Of a DNA stretch of 57,751 nucleotides, positions 25,689 to 35,355 are shown piece after piece (within the stretch, counting starts at the first letter, position 1; each line of letters opens with the position of its first letter). This DNA comes from Gemmatimonadota bacterium (GTDB taxonomy: Bacteria; Gemmatimonadota; Gemmatimonadetes; Gemmatimonadales; GWC2-71-9). Below the pieces are notes generated by a model, which did no database searches, had not been told where the DNA came from, and saw only the letters and a list, made by a program, of their open reading frames with translations. The translations under genes were made by a program, and so were the position numbers. The stretch is taken from NCBI GenBank assembly GCA_040002695.1, contig JBDUEA010000001.1, forward strand, positions 1 through 57,751. The letters are read 5' to 3'.

Positions 25689-25860
25689 CGCAATAGTAGC
25701 AATAGATACTACCCCGAAATGACGTCCGGATTTGCGAGGAGTGGACCGGTGCAGTACGCTTGACGGGCCCAGTGGGCTATGATACGTTGGCGCCTTCGGT
25801 CCATCGCCCCTGGCCGACACGCAAGCTGGTACTTCCCGGGCAGTCATTAAGGAGGCGTAC

Positions 25861-26202
25861 GTGGTTTCGGAACTCGGTGGCTCGCAGATCTCGACCCTGC
25901 TCGAGACGCTGCCCGGGATTGCCAATGTGCTCCGGAGCCCCGTTGCTGACGCGCTGCTCAATGTCATTCGCGCAGCCGCCCGCATTGCCGAGTTCGATGC
26001 CGCCGACGCCGATGAACTCGTGAAATATGCCGTGCGGCGTGGGCTGGTGGGCAGCGAAGAAGGAGATCGGGTGCTCGCCGATGTACTGGAAGCCCAGCAG
26101 AAACGGGCCGAAAAAGCCGCCGACCGGGATCGCGCCGCCAAGGCCAGGGTTCGCGCCAAGCCCAAGCCCGCCGCGAAGAAGACGGCCAAGAAGAAGCGCT
26201 GA
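25861..26202 (+). CDS. Hypothetical protein with a lysine/alanine-rich basic C-terminal tail
   Basis: A strong AAGGAGG at 25849-25855 lies 5 nt before the GTG. The tail is AAKARVRAKPKPAAKKTAKKKR (histone H1-like composition). Confidence 0.6.
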   Translation: MVSELGGSQISTLLETLPGIANVLRSPVADALLNVIRAAARIAEFDAADADELVKYAVRRGLVGSEEGDRVLADVLEAQQKRAEKAADRDRAAKARVRAKPKPAAKKTAKKKR

Positions 26203-26220
26203 CGCCGGGTAATCCAAACA

Positions 26221-26256
26221 AAGCGGGGTCGGAGAATTCACTCTCCGACCCCGCTT
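26221..26256. terminator. Bidirectional intrinsic terminator between convergent genes
   Basis: AAGCGGGGTCGGAGA-ATTCAC-TCTCCGACCCCGCTT: perfect 15-bp stem, 6-nt loop. It is followed by TTATTT on plus and flanked by an A-rich stretch on the other side. Confidence 0.85.
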
Positions 26257-26279
26257 TTATTTGTGCCGTTGCCCCCGGC

Positions 26280-27974
26280 TCACGTCTGGAATTCCGAGAC
26301 CAGCTTGGTGAGACGGGTCGCTCCTTCCAGGAGTTCCGTAGCGGATGCCGCCATGTCCTCGGTGGAAGCGCTCTGCTGCTCGGCGGCCGCCGCGACCTCT
26401 TCGCTCGATGAGGCGTGATCCGTCGCGGACTGCGCTGCGAGGACCGTGCGCTCGGCCAGCTGATCGACGACTGATCGATTCAGGTCCGCTCCGCGCGCGA
26501 CCTCCTTGGCGGCGACCTGCACTTCCTGGATCGCCCGGCCGATTTCCTCGAGACCGCTCGCCGCCGCCTGGGCGACGTGTTCGATGCCACTCACCTTCGT
26601 GGTCCCCACCTGCATGGTGGCCGATACCTCGCGGACCTGGCTCCGGATGAACTCGACCGTCTTGGTCACGTCCTCCGCCGCCTTGGCGCTCGAGTCCGCG
26701 AGGTGTCGCACCTCTTCCGCGACCACGGCGAATCCGCGGCCATGCTCCCCCGCACGCGCAGCTTCGATGGCGGCGTTGAGCGCGAGCAGGTTGGTCTGCG
26801 AGGAAATCTGCTTGATAAGGTCGATGAACTCGACGATCGATTCGGATTGCTTCGCCAGCGCTTGCACCTGCTGCGCCGAGGTTTGTACCACTTCACGGAC
26901 ATCCAGCAGCGTGCTTCGCGCCGCTTCGACATCGGTGCGGTGTCGCGAAGCCACGCCCCGGATTTCCTCGCCGAGCCGAACCACGCGTCCCGAGGCGTCC
27001 GCGTTTGTCGCCGCGCTTTCCCGGAGCTTCGCCAGCAGCTGGTCGGCTTCCTGCATCCCCCGGACCTGGCTGTCCGCGCTTCCGGAGATCTTGACCATCG
27101 CACTGGAGATTTCACCGCTGCTGGCCGCGAGCTCCTCGCTCATGGCGGAGAAATCTCCCGCACTCGCGCTCATCTGTTGCGCCTCGCGGATCACCGATCC
27201 CACGACGTTCCGGAGCTGGCCGGCCATGTCGTCCATCGCGCGCGAGAGACGTTCGAGCTCGGTCGGCATCTGGCCCAGTTGCACGGGCCGGAGATCGCCG
27301 GAGCCGAAACGGTCCGCCGCACTGATCAGCCGGCGCAGCGGATGATCGACGGACTTGAGCGTCCAGTTGGCCGCCACGACGCCGAACATCAGCGCAAAGA
27401 CGAAGAGTACCCAGACCGTCGTCTGATACCGTCCCGCGCGAACCTGAGTCGCCCGGGCGCGGTCCTGCGAATGCGTCGCCTGCGCGGCCGCAAGCGTGCG
27501 TACGTCCGCCACCAGCGTATCGGTCGCGCCGTTGGCGCGGGCGGAAAGCACGCGCGCCTCGTCGAGGCGTCCAAGGTCGGTGTAGGCATGCGCCGTCGCA
27601 TAGGCGACTTCGATCTGCGCCTGATTTGACGCGATCTGGTTAATGATGTGCCGGTCGGCGTTCGTCAGGTTCGGCAGATCCCGAAAGCGTTTCTGATATT
27701 CGTACGCGGAGTCCCCACTGGCGGTGAAAGCCTGCTTCAGATTGTCGCTCGGCGTGAGCAGGTATTGCTCGGCGGCGCGAATTTCACCGAGCACGGACGA
27801 CACCAGTCCGCTGCCGATGTCTCCGCTGACTTCGACGACGGCGAGGTCTTCACCGACCGACCGGTTCATCGCCCGGATCGCGTTCGAGCCGAGGAGCGTC
27901 ATGCCGAGGACGAGCGCCATGAGCACGGCCATCGCCAGGGTGATCCGGCGGCGCAGGCTGTGAAATAGATTCAT
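26280..27974 (-). CDS. Methyl-accepting chemotaxis protein (four-helix-bundle sensor, HAMP, signalling domain)
   Basis: 564 aa with two TM segments. The HAMP region contains [17 protein letters not shown]. The conserved hairpin is [33 protein letters not shown]. Confidence 0.9.
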   Translation of the reverse strand: MNLFHSLRRRITLAMAVLMALVLGMTLLGSNAIRAMNRSVGEDLAVVEVSGDIGSGLVSSVLGEIRAAEQYLLTPSDNLKQAFTASGDSAYEYQKRFRDLPNLTNADRHIINQIASNQAQIEVAYATAHAYTDLGRLDEARVLSARANGATDTLVADVRTLAAAQATHSQDRARATQVRAGRYQTTVWVLFVFALMFGVVAANWTLKSVDHPLRRLISAADRFGSGDLRPVQLGQMPTELERLSRAMDDMAGQLRNVVGSVIREAQQMSASAGDFSAMSEELAASSGEISSAMVKISGSADSQVRGMQEADQLLAKLRESAATNADASGRVVRLGEEIRGVASRHRTDVEAARSTLLDVREVVQTSAQQVQALAKQSESIVEFIDLIKQISSQTNLLALNAAIEAARAGEHGRGFAVVAEEVRHLADSSAKAAEDVTKTVEFIRSQVREVSATMQVGTTKVSGIEHVAQAAASGLEEIGRAIQEVQVAAKEVARGADLNRSVVDQLAERTVLAAQSATDHASSSEEVAAAAEQQSASTEDMAASATELLEGATRLTKLVSEFQT

Positions 27975-29110
27975 TGTCCCTCCGCGGGCTGCACTGCCCC
28001 ATTGTGCACGATACCGATGATGACGCGCTGGTTCGGGACATCGCCGTTCGCATCGAACGCGATGGCGCCGGTAACGCCCTCGAATGCCGGAGTGCCGCGA
28101 CCGATGTCAGCAACGGCATTCCGGATGGCGGCTCGGCCTGCGCCGACGCGTTCGATCACTCCGCGCAGGAGATAGATCGCGTCATAGGTGGCCGCGGCTG
28201 GCTGGTTGGGAGTCGCGGCATCGGGATACCGGGCGTGGTAGGCGCTGACGAACGCGCGATTCTTCGGCGTGTCGAGATTATAGAGATACGCCGCCGATAC
28301 GTAGGTGCCCTCCGCGAGTGCGCCAGCCGCTTCGATGCCCTCCAGTCCGTCGCCGCCGAGAAAAGGCATCTTGAGTCCACGGCTCCGCGCCTGCCGCAAC
28401 GCCTCTTCTGCTTCGCCGCGGTTTCCCGCCACCAGCACGAATTGCGCATTCTGCCGCTTGGCGAGCCGGTCGAAGTAGGGCCCGACCACCGGGGTGTCGC
28501 CGAGGTATGGGTCGGATTCGACGAGCTGCCCGCCGAGCTTTGTGAACTCTTCCACGAACGTGCGCCGGATGCCGCGGCCGTATTCGTCATTGAGGTAGAG
28601 CACGGCACCGCGCGAGAGGGAAAGCTGTTGCCGCGCCCAGCGGGCGAGTGCCGCGCCATGCGCCAGGTCGCTTGGGCAGACCCGGAAGGTGTAGTCGCCG
28701 GCGCTGGTCACGTCCGGTGACGATGACGACGGAGAAATCTGGAGGACGGGCTCGCGGGCGCGATTGTAGACCGGCGCGGCGGCGAGGGTCGTTCCCGAGA
28801 ACACATTCCCCACCACGGCGACGACCCGCTGCTGCTCGAGATCGGCGGCCACGCTGACGGCGGTGTCTGGATCCGCATGATCGTCGCGCTCGATCAGGCG
28901 GAGCTGGCGGCCCTTGATGCCACCGCTGGCATTGATTTCGGCGGCTGCAAGTTCGGCCGCGCGTTTCATGGGCGCGCCGACCGGGTCCGTGAATGGTCCC
29001 GTGAGACCGATCAGGATCGGACCATCGGTGTTTCCACAACTGGAAAGAAACGAGGCGAAGAACAGCGGAACCGTGCTCAGCCGTAGGAGTCGGCGCGCGA
29101 GACGGACCAA
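27971..29110 (-). CDS. Periplasmic substrate-binding lipoprotein, LivJ/LivK (Peripla_BP_6) family
   Basis: Motifs: [46 protein letters not shown]; signal/lipobox [12 protein letters not shown] propose a TTG start at 29110; the track ORF extends to 29260. Its stop overlaps the MCP start by 4 nt. Confidence 0.8.
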   Translation of the reverse strand: MVRLARRLLRLSTVPLFFASFLSSCGNTDGPILIGLTGPFTDPVGAPMKRAAELAAAEINASGGIKGRQLRLIERDDHADPDTAVSVAADLEQQRVVAVVGNVFSGTTLAAAPVYNRAREPVLQISPSSSSPDVTSAGDYTFRVCPSDLAHGAALARWARQQLSLSRGAVLYLNDEYGRGIRRTFVEEFTKLGGQLVESDPYLGDTPVVGPYFDRLAKRQNAQFVLVAGNRGEAEEALRQARSRGLKMPFLGGDGLEGIEAAGALAEGTYVSAAYLYNLDTPKNRAFVSAYHARYPDAATPNQPAAATYDAIYLLRGVIERVGAGRAAIRNAVADIGRGTPAFEGVTGAIAFDANGDVPNQRVIIGIVHNGAVQPAEGQ

Positions 29111-29301
29111 GACTACCTCCAGAGCGAAATTCTCGAGGGCGAGCGGGACGAAGCCCTCGGCCGGGTTGCTGCGATGCGAGGTATGTGTACTCTGAGCGGT
29201 GCGGATTTGAACGCTAACCGGTGACTGGGGTGCAGGGCAATCCCTTCGATCGACCCGCACGCTTCGGTTGCCGCGCGACGCATGCGCTCGCAGTTTGGAT
29301 C

Positions 29302-29583
29302 ATGCATCTGTGGATGAATCCCTCTCCCGCTGCGGTCTTCGATCTTCACGGCCAGACCGTACTGGAGGCCGTCGCGAACGCCGAGCGATTTCTTCGCGCT
29401 CAGGCTGCCGCGCGACCGGGTGGGGTCGTACGCATCATCACGGGGCGCGGACGTTCCGGCGGGGGAGCGCCTACACGCACGCGGGTTCGGACTATGCTCA
29501 AGCGAATGGTGACGGACGGAAAGGTGGTGCGGGATTTCGCGCTCGAAGAGAGCGAAGGAAGTTTCCTGGTGCGGCTCCGCTGA
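29302..29583 (+). CDS. Smr-domain protein
   Basis: VFDLHGQTVLEAVANAERFL...VRIITGRGRSGGG...RVRTMLKRM matches the Smr domain layout. The start is either the ATG at 29302 or the GTG at 29221. Confidence 0.65.
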   Translation: MHLWMNPSPAAVFDLHGQTVLEAVANAERFLRAQAAARPGGVVRIITGRGRSGGGAPTRTRVRTMLKRMVTDGKVVRDFALEESEGSFLVRLR

Positions 29584-29602
29584 GGCAGAGGGCGTTCGGC
29601 CG

Positions 29603-30166
29603 CTAGCGACGGGTGGGACGGCGGGCGCCGCGATGCTCACCCCACGCATCGAGCACGTGACCGTCGATCAGGCTGACGGATGCGAGTTTCCGCCCGCTTT
29701 CGAGTCTCCAGGTGAGGCGGATCATTCGTCCCTGCCGCACCCACTGCATCATCCACTGTGGACCGTGGACATTGGCATCCACCTGCCCGTACGCGCGTTC
29801 GAGCGTTCGGCGCCAGAGAATCAACTGGTCTCCGGAGACCGTGCCGGAAAGCATCAGCACGCTCGACATGCTGTCGACGGCGGACAGCCACAGCTCGAGT
29901 GGACGCCCGGCGGCAGGATCAGTGAAGTCCGCCCGGCATTCAGAGACGCGCTTATCGACCTTGGCTCCCTGACACTTCAGCGCTCCACCTCGGACTCGCG
30001 TGAGGGCGGTGGAAACGTCGCCGAGCGAAGCTCCCGCACGGAATCCGAGGAACTCGAGGGCCGGTGCCGGTGTGACCGATTCCTGCGCGCGGACCGAAAG
30101 GGAAGAGGAGAGCAGGAGTATCGCCAGCAGCGAGGGTGCGTTCCGGATCATCATGCGGGAAGCCAT
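29603..30166 (-). CDS. Secreted hypothetical protein
   Basis: Signal peptide MASRMMIRNAPSLLAILLLSSSLSVRAQE. I recognise no family. The track ORF extends to 30202. Confidence 0.5.
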   Translation of the reverse strand: MASRMMIRNAPSLLAILLLSSSLSVRAQESVTPAPALEFLGFRAGASLGDVSTALTRVRGGALKCQGAKVDKRVSECRADFTDPAAGRPLELWLSAVDSMSSVLMLSGTVSGDQLILWRRTLERAYGQVDANVHGPQWMMQWVRQGRMIRLTWRLESGRKLASVSLIDGHVLDAWGEHRGARRPTRR

Positions 30167-30312
30167 CACCTTCGTCTGTGGGAAATGATGCGTCGCGAAC
30201 AACGGTCGTTCAGCGCAGAACTCCGCAGCGGAGACCGGCCCGAGATAATACGCGGGCCGATCGCCACTGCGGTACTGATCGTAGGTGCACTATGACTGGT
30301 GGGACCTGCGGG

Positions 30313-30513
30313 CTAAGCCTTGCGGACGTTTGACGCCTGGAGGCCCTTCGGCCCCTCCACGATATCGAACTCCACGCTGTCGCCTTCCGCGAGCGACCTG
30401 AATCCTTCGGCTACGATCGCGGTGTGATGCACAAACACGTCCTTGCCGCCGTCCTGCGCGATGAATCCAAAGCCCTTCGCGTCGTTGAACCACTTCACGG
30501 TGCCCTTCGCCAT
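30313..30513 (-). CDS. cspA: Cold-shock protein (CspA family)
   Basis: 66 aa: [33 protein letters not shown]..., with RNP1 KGFGFI and RNP2 VFVHH. The remainder of ORF 30313..30693 is 5' leader. Confidence 0.95.
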   Translation of the reverse strand: MAKGTVKWFNDAKGFGFIAQDGGKDVFVHHTAIVAEGFRSLAEGDSVEFDIVEGPKGLQASNVRKA

Positions 30514-30700
30514 CGGTTCAGCCCTCGTGGAAAGGGAGCTCACCGGCTCCGGAAATCTCCCGCCCTTGTGGCCGGAAGCAAAAAATTGCCGTCGGACCTC
30601 AGGGGTCCGAGCGGCCATTGGAACATCAGGGTAGTTGGAGGGCGACTGCGGCGTGCATGGCCCTAAGGTCACGGCTGCCGGGGATTTTGTCAATATGGGC
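30514..30700 (-). promoter_or_regulatory. Long csp 5' leader with a candidate promoter and an internal hairpin
   Basis: A perfect TTGACA lies on the minus strand at 30693-30688. A 7-bp hairpin TCGGACC-CCTGA-GGTCCGA (30610-30592) is followed 7 nt later by a T6 run. The -10 element is not clear. Confidence 0.45.
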
Positions 30701-30715
30701 CGGCACAGGATTTCT

Positions 30716-31237
30716 TCACGTTAGGGAGACGCCGGTCGTCCTTAATTCATGATCCAGCAGCCAGCGCTTCCGCTGCAACCCACCTCCATATCCGACCAGT
30801 GCGCCGTCCTTCCCGACCACCCGATGGCAGGGGATCAGGATCGCGAGATGGTTGGCGCCATTCAGCTGCCCCACCTGGCGTGGATGGAAACCGGTCTGCC
30901 GCGCGAGCTCGTCATAGCTTCGCGTCTCGCCGAGGGGGATGGAGCAAAGCAGGCGCCAGATGGCCTCCTCCGACGGCGTAATCGTGAAGTAGTCGGCCAG
31001 GTATTCCGGAAAAGGAAAATGTCGCGGCCGGCGCTGGAAATACGACTCGAGCCACCCGATCGCCGTGAGACACGGGCCGCCGTCGATCGAGATGCCGGGA
31101 AAACGCGCACGCAGGCGGTCGACCCAGCGCATGCGCCGGGCCCGGAGGACGAACTCGACCACGATCGGTTGTCCGTCCGCTTCGACGACGACGAGCGGGC
31201 CCAGCGGGGTCGGACAGGATGTCCACTCGATCTTCAT
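30716..31237 (-). CDS. ogt: Methylated-DNA-protein-cysteine methyltransferase (Ogt/MGMT)
   Basis: Active-site motif IPCHRVV, plus YDELARQTG and [16 protein letters not shown]. The start is the ATG at 31237 or further upstream at 31267. Confidence 0.85.
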   Translation of the reverse strand: MKIEWTSCPTPLGPLVVVEADGQPIVVEFVLRARRMRWVDRLRARFPGISIDGGPCLTAIGWLESYFQRRPRHFPFPEYLADYFTITPSEEAIWRLLCSIPLGETRSYDELARQTGFHPRQVGQLNGANHLAILIPCHRVVGKDGALVGYGGGLQRKRWLLDHELRTTGVSLT

Positions 31238-31454
31238 TGATATCCGGAAATTGAGCGCGCGGGCCAAGCCGTGCCCGATCGTTGAACCGGGAACCAGCGG
31301 AAACCGGCCCCGTCATCAATCATCTATCAGGATCGGCGCCGGGCTGCAAGGTCGCTGGCTGTCTTAACAGGCGGCGCCTCCGACAGTAGATTCGTGGACT
31401 CGTCCCCGGATCCGCTCCAGTCTCTCGTTTCTCCGTGTCCTATCAGAGGAATCC

Positions 31455-33458
31455 ATGCTTCACGCCCTGTTGCTTCTGGTCGCCTTGCAGCAGCCAGCCA
31501 CCCCGGCCACGCCTGCGGCGCCGGTCATGCCCGCGTCCCGCATCGCAAAAGTCGTCGTGCAGCCGTCAGAGGCGGCAGTGCAGGTCGGCGATACCATACG
31601 GCTGCACGTCCTCGCGTACGATTCCGCGGGCCAGGTACTCACGGGGGTTGCCACCAACTGGTTTACCTCCGGCGGCTTCTTCGAAGGCGGGGTCGATTCC
31701 ACCGGCCTCGTGACCGGAGGCTCGACCGGCACCCTTAATGTCACCGCCCTCGTGCGGCCCGGTGGTCCGGGACGTCCGAGCACGGCGATCGCGCGGATCA
31801 CGGTGCTTCCGCAGCCGGCCGCGAAGCTGGTGTTCGAACCGATGCTCACTCGCCTTTACGCCGGGCAGACGCTCGCTCTCGTCGCCACGCCCTATGCGGC
31901 CAATGACGACCGGCGATACGACCAGGTCGTGTGGAATTCGGACCGGCCGAGTGTTGCCTCAGTGAGCGCGGATGGCAGGATCACCGCGCGGGCAGCGGGC
32001 AAGGCGACACTCACGGCGACCGCCGGCAAGGCAACCAGATCACTTTCGATTGCGGTGCTCCCCAACCCCGTCACTTCGATCCTCCTCGAGCCGGCCACCG
32101 CCTCGGTGCGTACCGGAGACGTGGTCCCGCTCAAATTCCTCGCGAAGACCGCGGCCGGGCGCGAAGTGACCGATGCGATTCCCGAATGGTCGCTGAATCC
32201 CGGCAGCGGCCTGGTAGACCCGCAAGGCAATTTCGTCGCTGACGTGCCGGGCAATTACCGGATCTTCGCGTCCTTCGGCTCCCGCGTGGCCGAAGCCATG
32301 ATCGAGGTGCACGCGCGTGATGCCGTTCGGCCCTCCACACTGGTCGGACGGCTGCCCATTAAAGGCGAAGCGGCCGAGTTCTGGCTGCATCAGGACGGCA
32401 AGCATGGTTATCTCACGACCATCGGGGACCGGATCTATGCCATCGATGTGAGCGATCCGACGAAGCCCGTGATCACCGATTCCGTGGTGGTGGATGCGCG
32501 GACGATCAACGATCTGATGACGACCGAGGACGGAAAATTCGGCGTTCTGACCCGTGAAGGCGCCTCGACCCGCAAGAACGGCATCGTGGTGCTCTCGTTC
32601 GAGGACCCCGCGCACCCGAAACCGATCGCCGAATTCACCGAGACCGTCACGGGCGGCGTGCACAGTACGTTCATCTACAAGGGGTACGTCTATCTCACCG
32701 ATGACGCGACCGGCTCGATGCGCGTGATCGACATTCGCGATCCCTACAAGCCGAAACAGGTGGCCCGCTGGGAGACGCCGCGCTCACCGTCCGGACGCAT
32801 GCTGCACGATATCGACGTGCAGGACGGGCTCGCATATCTGAGCTACTGGAACGACGGACTCGTGATTCTCGATGTCGGCAACGGCGCCAAGGGCGGGAGT
32901 CCCGACAACCCGCAGCTCGTGTCCCAGTACAAGTACGACCTCAACTCGCTGTATCGAAACGTCGAGGCGGTTGGGGGTCCCGGGTTCATCCGTGGCACGC
33001 ACACCGCGTGGCGGCATGGCAAGTACGTCTTCGTGGGCGATGAAGTCTTCTCCGCGAAGCCCCGTCCCACGGAGGGTGGTGGCGTCGTCGGCCTCGGACG
33101 GGCCTTCGGACGGCTCCATGTCGTCGATGTCTCGGATATCGCCCATCCGCACGAGGTCGCGTGGTTCGAACCCGAAGATGGCGGCAGCCACAACGTCTGG
33201 GTCGCGGGAGACACGCTCTTCATGGGGGACTACCAGGGCGGCCTTCGAGTGCTCGATATTTCGGGGGAGCTTCGAGGTGACCTCCTGCGGCAGGGCCGGG
33301 AGATCGCCCATGTCGTGACCGGGGATCCGAAGGGCACGATTCCCAATGCGGCCAACGCCTGGGGTGCGATCTACCGCGACGGGCTGATCTACGTGCCCGA
33401 CATCAATTCGGGACTGTGGATCGTGAAGGTCGAACCCAAGTCGGGGATCACCCCCTAG
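31455..33458 (+). CDS. Secreted protein with Big_2 Ig-like domains and an LVIVD-repeat beta-propeller
   Basis: Signal peptide present. There are three Big_2-like segments (VTVLPQP..., SIAVLPNPV...). LVIVD-type repeats: IYAIDVSDPTKP, MRVIDIRDPYKP, GLVILDV, LHVVDVSDIAHP, GLRVLDISG, GLWIVKV. Confidence 0.8.
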   Translation: MLHALLLLVALQQPATPATPAAPVMPASRIAKVVVQPSEAAVQVGDTIRLHVLAYDSAGQVLTGVATNWFTSGGFFEGGVDSTGLVTGGSTGTLNVTALVRPGGPGRPSTAIARITVLPQPAAKLVFEPMLTRLYAGQTLALVATPYAANDDRRYDQVVWNSDRPSVASVSADGRITARAAGKATLTATAGKATRSLSIAVLPNPVTSILLEPATASVRTGDVVPLKFLAKTAAGREVTDAIPEWSLNPGSGLVDPQGNFVADVPGNYRIFASFGSRVAEAMIEVHARDAVRPSTLVGRLPIKGEAAEFWLHQDGKHGYLTTIGDRIYAIDVSDPTKPVITDSVVVDARTINDLMTTEDGKFGVLTREGASTRKNGIVVLSFEDPAHPKPIAEFTETVTGGVHSTFIYKGYVYLTDDATGSMRVIDIRDPYKPKQVARWETPRSPSGRMLHDIDVQDGLAYLSYWNDGLVILDVGNGAKGGSPDNPQLVSQYKYDLNSLYRNVEAVGGPGFIRGTHTAWRHGKYVFVGDEVFSAKPRPTEGGGVVGLGRAFGRLHVVDVSDIAHPHEVAWFEPEDGGSHNVWVAGDTLFMGDYQGGLRVLDISGELRGDLLRQGREIAHVVTGDPKGTIPNAANAWGAIYRDGLIYVPDINSGLWIVKVEPKSGITP

Positions 33459-33588
33459 TTGATCGCATCACCGCCACCGAACCGGGGGAAGGAGCCGAAC
33501 GGATACCGGCCTACTTCCCCCGGGCCGGCAGGCGAAGATCGCATTCCGGGCCATGGCCCGGGCCCCGTTCCTCCCTTAAGTTTCCGGC

Positions 33589-34200
33589 ATGTCCACGCCA
33601 CAAGCGCTGACCATTCGAACCTTTGCCGACCGGGCAGAGGCATTGTCCCATTTTATCCTCCGGGCGGGTGAGGCTCCCAGGCTCATCGCCTTCGACGACA
33701 CGATCGGATGTCCGGTCGAGACGGCGCTGGCCGCACTGGAATGGACCCGGGCGGTCGGTATCCTTCACGACGACGACACGCTCCACGCTGCCCGGCTGAC
33801 AAGCGAAACCGCTGCCGCGGTCATCGAACGCCGTTCTGATGAAGGTCGACGCTTCGTCTACCTCGGACCCCGCCTGGATGCGCCTCCGATGGATGTGTTC
33901 GAGGGTGCCGTGCTGTTCGATGAGCCGGGGGTGAAAGCGGTGGAGTTCAATCAGCGCGCGCACGCGCTGGCGCATTTTCTTCGCGCCACCGCCGGCGCCG
34001 GCGCCCTGCTCGCCCTGCTCGGTCGGCGCGCTCCCGAGATGCGGCATTTGTGCCGCTGGTTTCCGGCCATCGTAAACGAACTCGATCAACCGCGTACACT
34101 CGTCGGCGGATGGTTCGCGGCGAGCTCAGCCGGGTCGCTTTTTCTCTCGACGGACGGCGAGCCGAACTTCCGGTACATTGAAGTGGGGATGGAATCGTGA
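33589..34200 (+). CDS. Hypothetical protein (203 aa)
   Basis: The ORF is coupled by a 4-nt overlap to the next gene. I recognise no family. Confidence 0.45.
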   Translation: MSTPQALTIRTFADRAEALSHFILRAGEAPRLIAFDDTIGCPVETALAALEWTRAVGILHDDDTLHAARLTSETAAAVIERRSDEGRRFVYLGPRLDAPPMDVFEGAVLFDEPGVKAVEFNQRAHALAHFLRATAGAGALLALLGRRAPEMRHLCRWFPAIVNELDQPRTLVGGWFAASSAGSLFLSTDGEPNFRYIEVGMES

Positions 34201-34760
34201 ATCGCCTGACCGTCCTTCTGCTGCTGGTCCTCCTGCCCGCCGCGTCGCTCTGTGCCCAGACCGTTGTTACTCCGGAACCGCAGCTCGACGCGACGAGGAT
34301 CAGGGCGCGCGACGCCTTGCTCGTCCTCCGCGACAGTCTCGCCTCGGTGACCGCGGCCGCCGCGTGGATGGAACGCGATCTGGCGTCGTCTTCCGATCAG
34401 GCGGCGCGGGGCTGGGCGACGCGCGTCAGCGACGCATGCGCGCGATCCTCCAGAACGCTCGCAGGCACACAGGGAGTCGTCATCCAACTCAACGTGCCTT
34501 CACCCGATCCCGGCAAGCAGCGGCCCGCGCTCACTGCTGCACTGACCACGCTCCACGCCGAACTCGAAAAGTGTGTCGCGCAGTTCAAGGAATACTCGGC
34601 TAGCCCGAACACCGCGGACCTGAGGTCGTACGCGGTCCCGGAGGGCCTCAAGGTCGCAGCTCGGATTCACAAATACGAGTCGACACTAGATCGGTACTTT
34701 GCGGCCGCCGACATCCATGTCCGCCCTCTGGGAGTGCCTCAGGGAGCCAAAGCGAGGTAA
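34197..34760 (+). CDS. Secreted hypothetical protein (187 aa)
   Basis: Signal peptide MNRLTVLLLLVLLPAASLCAQT. I recognise no family. Confidence 0.5.
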   Translation: MNRLTVLLLLVLLPAASLCAQTVVTPEPQLDATRIRARDALLVLRDSLASVTAAAAWMERDLASSSDQAARGWATRVSDACARSSRTLAGTQGVVIQLNVPSPDPGKQRPALTAALTTLHAELEKCVAQFKEYSASPNTADLRSYAVPEGLKVAARIHKYESTLDRYFAAADIHVRPLGVPQGAKAR

Positions 34761-34789
34761 CGGGCATGTTGAGGACGGGGAATCCACAT

Positions 34790-34808
34790 TCTCCACATAC
34801 TGTGGAGA
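34790..34808. promoter_or_regulatory. Perfect palindrome TCTCCACA-TAC-TGTGGAGA (operator-like or hairpin)
   Basis: Direct reading: 8-bp arms with a 3-nt centre, sitting in the locally lower-GC start of the 628-nt spacer. Confidence 0.5.
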
Positions 34809-34919
34809 TACTTGGAAGAACCTAGGGCAGGAAGCAGTTACGTATCCACAACCGATCCACTAACGAATCGCGTAAGCCGAAGAAAGACAGGCGCTTGCGC
34901 GATTTTTTCGTGCCCCTAA

Positions 34920-35355
34920 CTTAGGCTTAACCGAAGGCCGGACACGTATCAAGACCCCCGTGTCGCGATAACGGACGGCCAGCGAGTCTGAACGGGATGT
35001 CAGGGGCGTCCGCCGACGCAACCAAGGGCTAAGGCGGCCAGCGAACCTGGTGATCTCCCCGGTTCAGGCAGGTGAAGCCAGTCGCGTGCTTCATCCACTC
35101 CGATTCAGCGCCTCGGAGTGCAGTGCGAAGGGTTGGTCCGCGACCCGATCCGAATCGCAGCGCTCACATGGACGAACCAGGCGGGATGGCCATCCTGTCT
35201 GGGGATGGAAGCCGAGGCCTCACCGCGCCCTACCGAACGGCGAACCAGCCAAACGGCGGCAGGTGGGAGAAGAACGGAAGCGGCGACGCTCCGACCTCGG
35301 GTAGTCAATGTGTGGGACGGCCGCCAAGCCCCGAGCTAGGCGGCCGTTCCTTTTT
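34920..35355 (+). ncRNA. Candidate unclassified structured RNA or long 3' UTR ending at a strong terminator. The 5' end is unknown and the class is not identified.
   Basis: No credible ORF is present. Several local hairpins occur (GACACG..CGTGTC, GCGTC-CGCC-GACGC, GGATGG/CCATCC). GGCCAGCGA occurs twice. A plus-oriented terminator lies at the end. No Rfam-class hallmark was recognised by eye. Confidence 0.25.
35314..35355 (+). terminator. Intrinsic terminator, plus-strand orientation
   Basis: GGGACGGCCGCC...(13-nt loop that can extend the stem)...GGCGGCCGTTCC (12 bp including one G-U), followed by TTTTT. The reverse orientation lacks a T tract. Confidence 0.8.

Noticed and set aside
25760-25783. 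TTGACG ... TATGAT promoter-like hexamers upstream of the basic-tail protein gene
   Set aside because: The spacer between the hexamers is only 12 nt, which is incompatible with a standard sigma-70 promoter.
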